A stretch of DNA of 64,000 nucleotides from Acidimicrobiia bacterium (GTDB lineage Bacteria > Actinomycetota > Acidimicrobiia > Spongiisociales > Spongiisociaceae), in assembly GCA_963663955.1 (NCBI GenBank), contig OY760694.1:3215251-3279250 (forward strand), written 5' to 3'. The position numbers and the translations under genes were made by a program. Shown piece after piece: positions 47,299 through 57,597 of the stretch (the first letter of the stretch is position 1; the number at the start of each line of letters is the position of its first letter). The notes beneath the pieces were generated by a model. It was given only the letters and a program-made list of their open reading frames with translations. It searched no databases and was not told the DNA's origin.

Positions 47299-47386
47299 AC
47301 GAAATCGGTAGTGTCCCCTACACCAGCCTGTTCGAATCCCCGAAACCGCACTCCTGCTGGTTTAGGCAAGGATGACGAAGGGTTGG
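47299..47386 (+). pseudogene. second decayed ATPase/TOPRIM junction fragment
   Basis: The segment ...gaaatcggtagtgtcccctacaccagcc...ctgctggtttaggcaaggatgacgaaggg aligns with 41688-41775. The catalytic GAA (Glu) codon context is destroyed. Confidence 0.5.
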
Positions 47387-47526
47387 TGGTAAGGGTCGAG
47401 GTTAGACCCATCAATGGTCTACTGACCTGTGTGTGACTGCACGAATCTACACCCTGATAGTTAGTCTTGAAGGTTCTTCACCTAGAATGAGTTGAAACGG
47501 TCCACCTAAAGCACTCGGAGGCTGTA

Positions 47527-48793
47527 GTGCTCCTTGGATTTCAGGTCACTAATCACCGCTCGTTTCTTGATCGGGTGGATTTCTCCATGATAGCGGTGGA
47601 CGAAGATCGGGAAGCCGCGCGCAGTTACGAGCGGCTCTCCGAGCAAGTGTTGACGGTCGCAGGGATCTACGGTCCCAACGCTTCGGGAAAGTCCAACCTG
47701 CTCGATGGGATTGCTTGGCTGTCTACCGCCGTCCGAACATCCTTCCGCGGTTGGGACGAGTTCATCCCGCGAGACCCTCACCTGATGGGTGACGGCCCTT
47801 CGAAACCGTCCGTCTTCGACATGTCTCTGGTGGTCGGCGGCGTCGAGTACGAGTACCGGCTTGTGGTTGACGACTCAGCCGTGCTGTACGAGAGACTCCA
47901 CGGCTATCCAGAGGGCCGGCGGAGACGGTTCTACGAGCGCGACGGGGACGACTTGCGGTTTGCCCGCGGCCTGGGTGGAGCCCGCGGGGTGCTAAGTCTC
48001 CTGACACCAACCGTACTCGTGCTTTCCGCCGCCACGCGTTTGCGCGTACCCGTTGTACACGACGTTGGACGTGCCATCTCGGGAATCGGCATGCTCGGGG
48101 TTCGTTCATGGATGCCGTCCTTCTTCAGCACAACGCGACGCTTGTTCACAGGTCAGGGCACGCATCCTCAGGTGGCGCTGTTCGCAGATAAGGCCACGGA
48201 CCGGGATGTTGCTTTGGAGCTACTGCGATGGGCCGATCCCGGAATCGTGGATGTGGACTTTGTCGAACAAGACACGAGCGAAGGCCAACCTGGTAAACCT
48301 CACGCTCGGACAGCCCGCCCTTACTGGCAGTTCGTTCGCCGAATAGCCGATGAAGACTACTTCATCGGCTTCGGTGACGAATCAGCCGGAACGCGGGACC
48401 TGGTTCCGCCTGCTAGGACCGGCGCTCAGCGCTCTTCGGAGGGGCCAGGTTCTGTTGTTCGATGAGATCGACGCGAGTCTTCACCCGCGGCTCTCCAGCC
48501 AACTGATCCAACTCTTCCAGGATCCGGAGGCGAATCCCCATAATGCTCAGCTCGTATTCACAACTCACGATACGTCTCTTCTGAACGTTTTGAACCGCGA
48601 CGAGGTTTGGTTGACGGAAAAGAGCTTGGACGGGGTCTCGCAGTTGATCGCTCTTGCAGAGTACGGGGGTGAGAGGGTCAGGAAGTCGCTGAATCTCGAG
48701 AGGGCGTATCTTCAGGGTAGGTTCGGAGCTATCCCGGAAGCCGACCAGATCACGATCCGCAACGCTCTCGGTCTTGCCCTTGGCGGATCGTGA
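47527..48793 (+). pseudogene. AAA_21-like ATPase (Abi/RloA-type) with one frameshift
   Basis: The N-terminal part reads MLLGFQVTNHRSF...IYGPNASGKSNLLDGI. The C-terminal part, in another frame, reads WFRLLGPALSALRRGQVLLFDEIDASLHPRL...FTTHDTSLL...DEVWLTEK. The shift maps to the GGG run at 48395-48397. Confidence 0.6.
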
Positions 48794-49185
48794 TTGCAAA
48801 GTCGCGACAACGTGGGCGAAGGAGGCGAAGACCACGGATAAGGGCGTAGATGGAGAGACTTACATGCCTTTGCGGGAGACAGCGACCCGACGGGCTCGGC
48901 GACTCGCTAGGAAGCACGCGCAGCTAGGAACCGGTTCCCGCATGACAACCCATCCTCGGAAATGTATCTCCTTCTCGAGACAATTGATCCTGGGGACTAG
49001 GCGTAAGCACAGCCTTCGACACGCCTGCGGCAATCGACCGATGGGCCGCCGAGCCGCCCACGAATCTCAGAGCCGGTCCTGTGGACCCGATTCTGGACCG
49101 GTGCCGGCCCACCGCTGAAAGGCCCAAACGAACAGCGTCTTGGGAAGAAGCACTGTGATGACGAGCGCCGGGATTCGATGTGAGC

Positions 49186-49221
49186 GCTCGGGCCCCTGGG
49201 TTGTACCCCAGGGGCCCGAGC
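49186..49221 (-). terminator. 15-bp perfect hairpin downstream of paralogue 4
   Basis: GCTCGGGCCCCTGGG-ttgtac-CCCAGGGGCCCGAGC lies 40 nt past the stop at 49261. There is no clear U-tract. Confidence 0.5.
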
Positions 49222-49260
49222 TTCGTCGTGGGTTGGCTGATGCTTCGCGAACCCGGTGGA

Positions 49261-51366
49261 TCAGGTAAGCACGAACCGGTTCACATCCCCAGTGTTGGAA
49301 CCCGTAAAGACCACCGTGATGTCGAACGGGACGGTCTTATCATCCAAGGCGTCCTGGAACGCCTCGTAGCTGATCGCGCCTGTCGAGTCGGTGAACTGGT
49401 CGTTGCCGTCGTAGGTGACGCCGTACAGGTTCTCCGACGCGTCTTCGATCACCAAGGTGTTGCGGTCCTCGTCGTGATGGACCACCTGGCCCGCCGTCGA
49501 ACTGCTCGGTAGTTCCTGCACCCAGTAATGCTGCAGGGTCTCCGCAGAGACCGACTCGCCAGCGACAAATGCGTCGATTTGCTCAATGCCGGTGGCAGAA
49601 GAGTCCCGGTTGTAGCTGACTGAAGCAACCCCGGACCTGCTGGTAGTCTTGCGGTGGGCGTTCTGGGCCTCCTCCGGGTCTAGCGGTGTCCCCTGATCAT
49701 CCTCCCTCTTCCATAGGCCGGCCTCGTCGTCGGACTTAAAGTGGATGCGTTCGTTCCGCACCGGACTCCCGTACTGGTCAAGCAGCGTCGCCGTCACCCG
49801 GTTGCGAGCGCCGTTCCCGGAGGAGCTTGCGGTGCTGTAAACGGACTGTTGTTCCAGCAGTAGCGTGCTGGGATCCGGGTCGGCGTCCGACCAAGTCACC
49901 ACATTACTCCCCGAGGTGATACGGACCGTGGTGCGATCCAGCGAGTCTATGTCCGACCTAAGTACCTCGAGCTTGAGAGTGCCCTGGTCACCGTCGTCCG
50001 AATCAGGGTCGGAGAGGCGGAAGCTGATCTCGAACCGGCCGGACGAGTCGGTTTCGTAGGTCCGGGCTCGGGTGATCGGCTGACGACCTTCATTGTCCTC
50101 GATCGTCTCGATTCGTACCTCTACGTCCTCTTCCTGGACCGGCTTCTCGTCCTCGTCCACCACCTGAAAGGTAAAGGTAACGGTGGTGCCGTAGCGAACC
50201 GCCTCGGCCCCCTCCCGCATGTCGTCCGTTATCAGGAGATTTGCCGAGCCCTTGGTGGTGAAGAAATCCAGATGTGCGTATTCCGTGCTGTCAAGATCGA
50301 AGTGCTCGTTCCGCTCTCCCGTCCATGCATATACGGTCCGGTCTTCGTCGATAGGCATCGTATGGAACACATTGCCATCGCCGTCGGTGATCTCATCACT
50401 GAGGTCGATCCGGCAACGAGCGTCACCGGTACCGACGCTAACCACTTTGCTGCCACATCGCCCCGTCGACGCAAAGCCCGTATCACTCGCACGTATATAG
50501 AACATGTCGACCAAGGTGTCGATCGTCGGCATGTGGTCGGAGTCCCTGACCGAGATAACCAGATCCACCGTGTCCTCAGCCGTAACCGATGTTCGCTCCA
50601 CCTGCATGGTAACACCGGCGGGGCGGGCGTTGGTGTGTGCCAGCATCCGGCTGACAAACACGGCCATCTGAGCCCGCGTCACCGGCTGATGCGGTCCATA
50701 TGTGGTAGCCGTGGTGCCTCTGGTAACCCCTAGCTCGTAAAGCGCACGGATGGCGCTGTACGGATCGAAGGGAAGCTCGCGGATGTCGGTAAATACGTTG
50801 TCATCCGGCGCAACCGAGTCGATCGACGCTCCCCCCTCACCGACCGGCGCCAACGTCAGGAATCGGGTAAAGAACTGGGCCATTTGCCTGCGGTTGACCA
50901 CCGTGCCGGGAACGTACGTGCTGGGAGTTGTTCCACGGGTGATCTCCAGCTCAGCCAACTGGTTGATCGAATCCCTGATCTCCCTGGAAAGGTGGCCGAT
51001 ATCGCGGAACCCTTGATCGCGGGCGGTCGGCACGTCAATGCCGGCAGGACCTGCCGCCCGGATCAGGATCAACGCCATCTGATCACGGGTGACGTCCTGT
51101 CCGGGCTTGAACATTCCTGAACTGAGACCTGGCATTATCCCGTAGTTCGCCATACAGTTGATCGCATCCTCAAACAAGTCGGGGTAGCCCCCCAAGTCCT
51201 GGAATCCAACCGACTCCACGATGCTGCTATCGGATGGGCATGACGAATACAAAGCTGGGTCGTCCTGCTCTCCGTCCTTAGCGGCGGACGGTCCGACGGC
51301 CAGCGCCATAAGCGAACCCACCAAGGACAGCACGACCAGCACGGCCAACGGTGAACGCCGTAACAT
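49261..51366 (-). CDS. SLH + Ig-like surface protein (paralogue 4)
   Basis: It has a signal peptide, YSSCPSDSSIVESVGFQDL...INCMANYGI, HTNARPAG and a C-terminal YDGNDQF. Confidence 0.7.
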   Translation of the reverse strand: MLRRSPLAVLVVLSLVGSLMALAVGPSAAKDGEQDDPALYSSCPSDSSIVESVGFQDLGGYPDLFEDAINCMANYGIMPGLSSGMFKPGQDVTRDQMALILIRAAGPAGIDVPTARDQGFRDIGHLSREIRDSINQLAELEITRGTTPSTYVPGTVVNRRQMAQFFTRFLTLAPVGEGGASIDSVAPDDNVFTDIRELPFDPYSAIRALYELGVTRGTTATTYGPHQPVTRAQMAVFVSRMLAHTNARPAGVTMQVERTSVTAEDTVDLVISVRDSDHMPTIDTLVDMFYIRASDTGFASTGRCGSKVVSVGTGDARCRIDLSDEITDGDGNVFHTMPIDEDRTVYAWTGERNEHFDLDSTEYAHLDFFTTKGSANLLITDDMREGAEAVRYGTTVTFTFQVVDEDEKPVQEEDVEVRIETIEDNEGRQPITRARTYETDSSGRFEISFRLSDPDSDDGDQGTLKLEVLRSDIDSLDRTTVRITSGSNVVTWSDADPDPSTLLLEQQSVYSTASSSGNGARNRVTATLLDQYGSPVRNERIHFKSDDEAGLWKREDDQGTPLDPEEAQNAHRKTTSRSGVASVSYNRDSSATGIEQIDAFVAGESVSAETLQHYWVQELPSSSTAGQVVHHDEDRNTLVIEDASENLYGVTYDGNDQFTDSTGAISYEAFQDALDDKTVPFDITVVFTGSNTGDVNRFVLT

Positions 51367-51467
51367 AGTTCTCCTTTCGATCTCCGTCTGAGCCTAATAG
51401 CACACAATCGATAATTGATGGACCTCTCGTACATTCCCACCTTGCTCCCGGTCATCGCCGAGAACGT

Positions 51468-51507
51468 AAAAAGGGAACCCGGCCACAAACGGCCGGGTTC
51501 CCTTTTT
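51468..51507 (-). terminator. rho-independent terminator of paralogue 5
   Basis: AAAAAGGGAACCCGGCC-acaaac-GGCCGGGTTCCCTTTTT lies 21 nt past the stop. A T-run follows on the transcribed strand. Confidence 0.7.
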
Positions 51508-51527
51508 CTCAGGTCGTAGAAGATCGA

Positions 51528-53828
51528 CTAGTTGTTGGTAGTGATGGTGAAGCTATTGATATCATCATCGTCGTCACCCATCACAACGGTAATTGAGTCG
51601 GCTTCGTTATCACTGGTATCGGGATCGTCAGCGCTAAGTCGGTCTTCAAAGACGTCCAACGTAATCGGATCAGTCCCATCCCTAAACTGATCTCCAGCCT
51701 TGTAGGTAACCAACCTCGGTGTTCCAGCGTCCCCGATAATAATCGTGTTGTTGTCCGTGTCTACTACCAGAACGGTCTGTGTTGTAAACGTTTCACCAGC
51801 AGACACAGGCCCAGTAGCCCAGTAATGGGTGATGGCATCGGCCTCAACCTTAATGGTATCATCCGACTCTGTGCAGTCGCTACGACTGTCAAGACACTCT
51901 CCTGCCACCGTCACGGTGTATACCGCATCAAGACTTTCATTACCGGCAGCGGTAGCTCCGCGTGTGTATGACTTCGTCGCAACACCACTACGACTTGTTG
52001 TTCGATGGTCTGCCGCGTTCGTACCAGTACCCGCTTCAGGACCATTATCATCGTCGTCGTCGGTCTCGCCGCCACCTAGGCCTAGGGAGCCTCCTGTACC
52101 TGGATTGTCAACGTCTGACCAGAACGCAACCTTCTCGTTACGCACAGGATCGCCGTACTGATCAACCAACGTCGCCCGGACCGTATTCCGAACTCCATCA
52201 TCATTGGCCAGGTGATAAGACATCGCCTGACTCAGGTGCAACGACGTAGGTTCCGGGTCCGCGTCGGACCAGCTGATCACAATGGTGACACTCGTAGCCA
52301 AATCGTCCTCGCTATCCTCACCTGGATCGTTGGCCATCAGCTTGAAGTCCGACTGCCCAGTAATGGTCAACGTCAAGGTGATCATGTCGCCGTCGTCGTC
52401 CGAGGGATCGTCTGAGGTATAGGATACCGTGAATCGACCATTTGCGTCCGTGGTCTTAGTGTCCACGCTAGTCCGCGTATCGTCTCTCTTTGCTCCATCA
52501 CCTGGGGAATCCCCATCGGTCGTATCCGCAATAACGGATCTTATGGTGACCTCTTCGCCATCACTCGCTACTGGATCGTCGTTCTTGTCGGCTATCTGGA
52601 CGGTATAGGTGACCTTATCACCGAACTTCAAGTTGCTCGCGTGTGTCTTGGTGTCGTCGCTAATTAGCGTAGATTCGCGACCCAGCATGACATCAATAAC
52701 CGCAGAAACGGAGTCATCTTCGTCAATATTGAACTCGTCGCCGGATTCTCCGGTCCATGCCCACACCGTAAGGTTCCCGGGATCCGCTGGGAGCGTGACG
52801 GACGCCGTAGCATTACCGTCTGGCTCGGTCGCAGGGTCATCATTGCCGATAACACAACCACCTGCTCCTTCTCGGATGTTTTGGTTTTCAAAGCATGTTC
52901 CGTCGTCGTTCCACGCCTCATCCGGCATAGTGGAACTGAAGACCTCAACGATTGCATCTGCAACCGGTTGATGGTCTCCGTCGCGCACCGACACTTGGAA
53001 GTCGTGTTCCTCACCAACAGTCGTTAACGAATCAGGCATGGACTGCATCGAGATACCGGCTGGACGGGCGTTGGTATGATCCAGCGCTCTGGTCACGAAT
53101 ACTGCCATCTGCGCGCGGCTCACAAGAGCACTCGGCGTGAAGGTGGAACCGTCACCGGTACCGGATGCCACACCAAGTTCGTACAGGTTGTTGATGGCGT
53201 CGTATGCCTCGAACGGAACCATTGCGAGGTCGTCGAATGGGGTATCGACGGTCACCTCATCGCCTTCCCCATCAAGAACATTGCCGTCGTCATTAAGGCT
53301 GTCGATTTCAGCAACGTTCAGGAGGTTGTCAAGGATGACAGCCATGTCTTGGCGACTCACCGCACCTGACGGGTTGAAAGCGTTGTCGTGACCGGACATT
53401 ATTCCGGCGGCGACCGCCTGGTTGATACCATCCTGAATGGCGTCGGTCCAGTTGCCGATATCGCCCAACCCTTGATCCTCAGGATCGTCCAATTCAACTC
53501 CGGCGACCGTGGCGGCCCTGACCATGAACAGAGCCATCTGAGCGCGAGAAATCGAATCGTTGGGCGAGAAGACACCCGCCGACGTTCCTACCGTGATCCC
53601 GTAATGGGCTAAACAATTCGCTTCATCCGCTGCGAAGTTGCCGGCCATGTCGGTGAATCCGGCATCTTCGGTTGCAGCAGCTACACAAGCCGAGTAGTCG
53701 GCCGGTGAGGTTACCTTCTCATCCCCTGCGGCGACCGCAGGCACCGCGGAAACGGCAAGAAGTGAACCCACCAAAGCCAGCACGGCGAGCACAGCCAACC
53801 GCGAACGCTGCCTTGCTTTCAGGGGCAT
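51528..53828 (-). CDS. SLH + Ig-like surface protein (paralogue 5, Asp-rich)
   Basis: It has a signal peptide, YSACVAAATEDAGFTDMAGNF..ANCLAHYGI, HTNARPAG, a very acidic C-terminal half and YKAGDQF. Confidence 0.7.
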   Translation of the reverse strand: MPLKARQRSRLAVLAVLALVGSLLAVSAVPAVAAGDEKVTSPADYSACVAAATEDAGFTDMAGNFAADEANCLAHYGITVGTSAGVFSPNDSISRAQMALFMVRAATVAGVELDDPEDQGLGDIGNWTDAIQDGINQAVAAGIMSGHDNAFNPSGAVSRQDMAVILDNLLNVAEIDSLNDDGNVLDGEGDEVTVDTPFDDLAMVPFEAYDAINNLYELGVASGTGDGSTFTPSALVSRAQMAVFVTRALDHTNARPAGISMQSMPDSLTTVGEEHDFQVSVRDGDHQPVADAIVEVFSSTMPDEAWNDDGTCFENQNIREGAGGCVIGNDDPATEPDGNATASVTLPADPGNLTVWAWTGESGDEFNIDEDDSVSAVIDVMLGRESTLISDDTKTHASNLKFGDKVTYTVQIADKNDDPVASDGEEVTIRSVIADTTDGDSPGDGAKRDDTRTSVDTKTTDANGRFTVSYTSDDPSDDDGDMITLTLTITGQSDFKLMANDPGEDSEDDLATSVTIVISWSDADPEPTSLHLSQAMSYHLANDDGVRNTVRATLVDQYGDPVRNEKVAFWSDVDNPGTGGSLGLGGGETDDDDDNGPEAGTGTNAADHRTTSRSGVATKSYTRGATAAGNESLDAVYTVTVAGECLDSRSDCTESDDTIKVEADAITHYWATGPVSAGETFTTQTVLVVDTDNNTIIIGDAGTPRLVTYKAGDQFRDGTDPITLDVFEDRLSADDPDTSDNEADSITVVMGDDDDDINSFTITTNN

Positions 53829-54493
53829 TTGCCCTCCCTTCCTTCCTTCGTATGCTTAATACGGCCACCGAGAAGGGTCCGTGTATCCCAAGTCTCGGCT
53901 AGCCATGCAATATAACACGCCGCCCACCCACGCGCATGTTATTCGAAGCGTACTTTACGCAACTCTCGCGGCGGGCTTGATCAGCCATGTGCGGGTAACG
54001 GTACCTACGCCAGGCCGGTAACGCAAGCCACATCCAGCTTCTATCCGATTTGAATCGGACCGGATGGATGGATTGAGGTCTCATCACTTCAAGACCCTCA
54101 GCAGCGCCGAAGCCGTCGGAGAGGTCCGACTTTGCGCGGATTCGGGTGGGAAGTCCTCCATCGGGCGGTGACCAGACGGGGGCCGGCGATAGCAGGAGTG
54201 GCGAAGAAGGCCCGAAGTTCGGCCTTTATAAGATTTCTGTGAGTGGACGACCCGGTGAGGAGATTCCTACTCACTCCCGAGACGTTCCGTCCTACGTCTA
54301 CTACGGAGTGGATACCCGAGAGGTTGTGGCGTTTCGCCTCGTCGGCGATCCGAGAGCAGCTGCGCTCGCACTTGCTCGGAGTTTTGGAGAGGGCTAGGTG
54401 AGCGATGGTCGTATGCCGGTCGATCGTCAGCGACGTGGCGTGCCTCTCGTCGTGTAATCCAGGTCCTGGTCGCCGAACCGCCCCCAGCGCTGT

Positions 54494-56694
54494 TTGACGC
54501 AATGGCCGCTACCCTCGCCGGGGTCTTCCGGGAGTGCGATCGTGAGGTATGAACGGCCTATCGGCCAGTCGACTTTTAGGGTGAGGGTGCTTCCGGCGCG
54601 TGCCGGGTACCTGGTAAGACCGGACGATGTGTGTGGGGTGGTCGAGGCGATTCGGGAGGCTTCGACGCGTTGGGCGGGTTATTCCGAGCCGATCATCCTT
54701 GTCCCGGCGGCCGGTGTAGTTGACGATTGGTGGATTCAGACGTTGCAAACCGCTGAAGTGGACGGGTTGGTGAATGTCAACATCGACGCTGACGCAGCCG
54801 AAAGGGTCGCCGAGACGCTCGGTCTACAGGTTGTCGACCTGGTGGACATCGACAAATCCGGTCCGACGCAGTTCAGTACCCACCCCGCCAACCTGCAGCA
54901 AACACGACCACGGTCCGCAGACCAGACAGCCATCCTGGCTAGAGACGATGGTGCCTTGTGGGAAAAGACCGCCGTCGGTGACCTCACCGCTGAGCGAGAA
55001 GCAGACTGTGAGGGCACCTCGTTATCAGTGTGGCGACCGAGAACCGCAGACTTGATCGGTCGTGCGCAACTCGAAGAGACGTGTTGGCTCGATGTCGGCG
55101 CGGCTCATTTCGCCGAACACCGAATCGTGGGTGGTCCATTCGTTGCACCGACGATCATCTGGGTGACCGAACCTGACAGTGTCGAGGACTGTGTGTACTT
55201 CTGGAACCTCCGCGCATTGCGTTACCGCACTCTCAGGCCCCGCGCCGATGCTGCTCGTACCCGCAGAGCAGATCTTCCACTGGACCGGCTTCGCCGATGC
55301 CGTCGCTCATCGCCTCGCAAGGCCCGAGGACATCGAACCCGATGTGGTGCTGAGCTCTTTGTCTGTCGAGCCGGATCAGATCGACGAGATCGCCGGCCTG
55401 CTTGGTCTCATCGAGTCGACAGAAGCGCTGAGGGCCAACATACAGTTCCCCCCGCTGCCCCTAGCGTGCACCGTTCACCTGTCGACGGGATATAGACCCT
55501 CGAAGCTATTTCAATTTCCCAAGGAGATACGGCGAGACGACCCATACTCTCGTGCAGGCCTACCGCGACAGCACCGTGGTCGAAGTCGACTCACCTGTAC
55601 GGTTCACAGGTGGTGGCCGCATCCTGGTTCGTGTTTCTTCCTCCACTTTCGACGGCCTGCCGAAACGGCCCACCACCGCTTCTTTGATCATGAAGGACGC
55701 CTCCTGGTCCGAGGACGAACTCGAATACGCTACCTATGCGCAGAACAGGTACCGCATCGAGTTGCGCGTACCCACACTGCCGGAGGCGACCTGGGCGCTC
55801 CTGAAGAACCGGAACGCCCAAGCCCGACTCTCAGACAAGGGACAGATGGCCTCCCGGCTACACGAACTCGGCGCTGTCGAGGTGCTATTACAGGACAGCG
55901 CGATCCAAGTGATCGAGTCCCTCCGTACACGCCGTTCACAAGACTTGGAGCGTGCCCTGCAGCGGGCCATCAAGCACGTCTCGCCGACCGACGGACTCAG
56001 GGACCGTCTTGAGGAACTGGCGTCGGAATGGGGACAGCGATCCAAACGTCGCTTCCTACCGATCTCCCATATCAAGGGTCTCGGAGAGAACGCGGGGAGC
56101 GCCGTGGAACTGCTGTGCTTCCGTTCATGGGCGGAACGAGGATTAAAGATCAGATGCGGCCAGTGCAGTATCCGAAGCTTCGTTCCTCTTCCAGAGACCA
56201 CACCAGAACCCCAATGTCCCGCCTGTGGAGCAACAAACACACGTTTCGAACCAGCCGACGGCAACCCGGACAGCGGCCCGGAGGTGCACTACCGCCTCAG
56301 CGCCCTAGTGGACCGGGCAGCCGACCAAGGTGTGATCCCGCACCTGTTCGCCGCCGCCGTCCTCGCCAACCAAGACCCGCATACCTTCCTGCTGCCCGGG
56401 ATAGATCTGCTCTTCGACAATAAACGGAAAGAGGTGGACCTCTACGGAATCACAGGAGAAAAAATAGTCGCCGGCGAAGCCAAAACTAACCCAGCACGGT
56501 TCGACCCGGAGCAGCTAGAACGAGACATCGAACTGTCGGCACTCCTCGCGGCCGACACACATCTCGTCGTGTCCACCGGACGGGTATCCGAAGCCACGGA
56601 AGAACAAGCGCGACAACTCGCAGTAGCGAAAGGCCTCGACCTTCTCATTCTGGACAGCCGTCAGCTTGACACCCCAAGCCGAGGCCCTGGGTGA
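54494..56694 (+). pseudogene. ~730-aa gene split over three frames; C-terminal Zn-ribbon + PD-(D/E)xK-like nuclease domain
   Basis: ORFs 54494-, 55179- and 55552-56694 overlap in frames 2, 0 and 1. Third-position GC is high in only one frame at a time. The switches map near the CCCC run at 55238-55241 and between about 55465 and 55550. The C-terminus has CGQC...CPAC and VDLYG...IVAGEAKT. Confidence 0.5.
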
Positions 56695-57008
56695 CGGTTC
56701 CAACCCACCCACATGCAGGCCCTACCTGAAAACCCCTTCCACGTTCATCGGTTCTGTACTGGCCTCTACGCGGCTCAGGGTGTTCGGGTAGGTCGTCGAA
56801 ACGGGTCTATTGGATCAGCGAAGGTTGCCTTGACAAGGTCGCTGGAACCCGCTCGTTGCACGAAGCCTCGAAATGAAGCGTCCCGGGGTCCGCTAGCGGT
56901 GTCAATACCCGGCCAGAGTCCGGCCAGAGTGTTGTCAACCACACAGCGCGCCCCATTGCATAGGCTTGTTCAGCACACTCCAAGGCAGAACCCGGCCCAT
57001 GGGAGACG

Positions 57009-57056
57009 GACAGTCAAGCACCGTCCCGATATGACAGTCAAGCACCGTCCCGATAT
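57009..57056. repeat. 2 x 24-bp perfect tandem repeat
   Basis: The unit is GACAGTCAAGCACCGTCCCGATAT, repeated twice. A separate 2 x 11-bp repeat, CCGGCCAGAGT, lies at 56909-56930. Confidence 0.9.
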
Positions 57057-57062
57057 GTACGA

Positions 57063-57303
57063 GACCCACAGTCACAGTTACTGACGGCTGTGGTAAGTAG
57101 ACCGTTTGGGGGTCATCCACCGAACGATCGTATTCGAAGGCAGACAACGCGGCTTGCGGCGAGAGCCGAGACGCTATACGGATGGGGCCTTCGCGACCAC
57201 CCCTGACCAGGGACTTTGCTAAGGGCACTAGCGACCACGTCACCTCCCGAACCTGGACTACGCCACCTCGGCCATCCTTGACAACCGGCCCTAACGGTGG
57301 CAA
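57063..57303 (-). pseudogene. fragment homologous to the N-terminal half of 63446-63991
   Basis: Shares AFEY....SVDD.Q.VYLP.PSV. DNA-level similarity is visible (ggtaagtagaccgtttgggggtcatccaccgaacgatcgtattcg versus 63750-63810). The fragment ends at the 24-bp tandem repeat. Confidence 0.45.
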
Positions 57304-57314
57304 GGTGAGCAGCG

Positions 57315-57494
57315 ATGGTTACCCGCACTGAGACCCGCGAAGAGCGCGACGCTCGGCTGATCCGCGAGTCCGACGCAGCCGCATACGACCACATTTTCCA
57401 GAGGTCCCGCGACTACCTGATCAGCCAGCTACCGGACGGTTATATACTCGAAGACAGCTACATCGTCCGTACCGACCCGGACTTGCCTGACTGA
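57315..57494 (+). CDS. 59-aa hypothetical protein
   Basis: Below the track cut-off. AAGGTGAG lies 6 nt upstream of the ATG. It reads MVTRTETREERDARLIRESDAAAYDHIFQRSRDYLISQLPDGYILEDSYIVRTDPDLPD. Confidence 0.3.
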   Translation: MVTRTETREERDARLIRESDAAAYDHIFQRSRDYLISQLPDGYILEDSYIVRTDPDLPD

Positions 57495-57597
57495 TCATTT
57501 CTGGATCGCGGCGGTATCCGACGGGAAGCCTACAGGCCGAATGGTGAAGGTCACAGCTCTCTAGAAGCCGGTTTCCGACCAACAACCGCTGATTCCT

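Noticed and set aside
54290-54470. The minus-strand peptide GLHDERHATSLTIDRHTTIAHLALSKTPSKCERSCSRIADEAKR resembles the H-x-x-R-H ... L-G-H ... Y box of a tyrosine recombinase C-terminus. It could mark an island boundary.
   Set aside because: The catalytic Tyr and the LGH motif are not present, there is no N-terminal domain, and no tRNA or att-like repeat is nearby. It is too degenerate to call.
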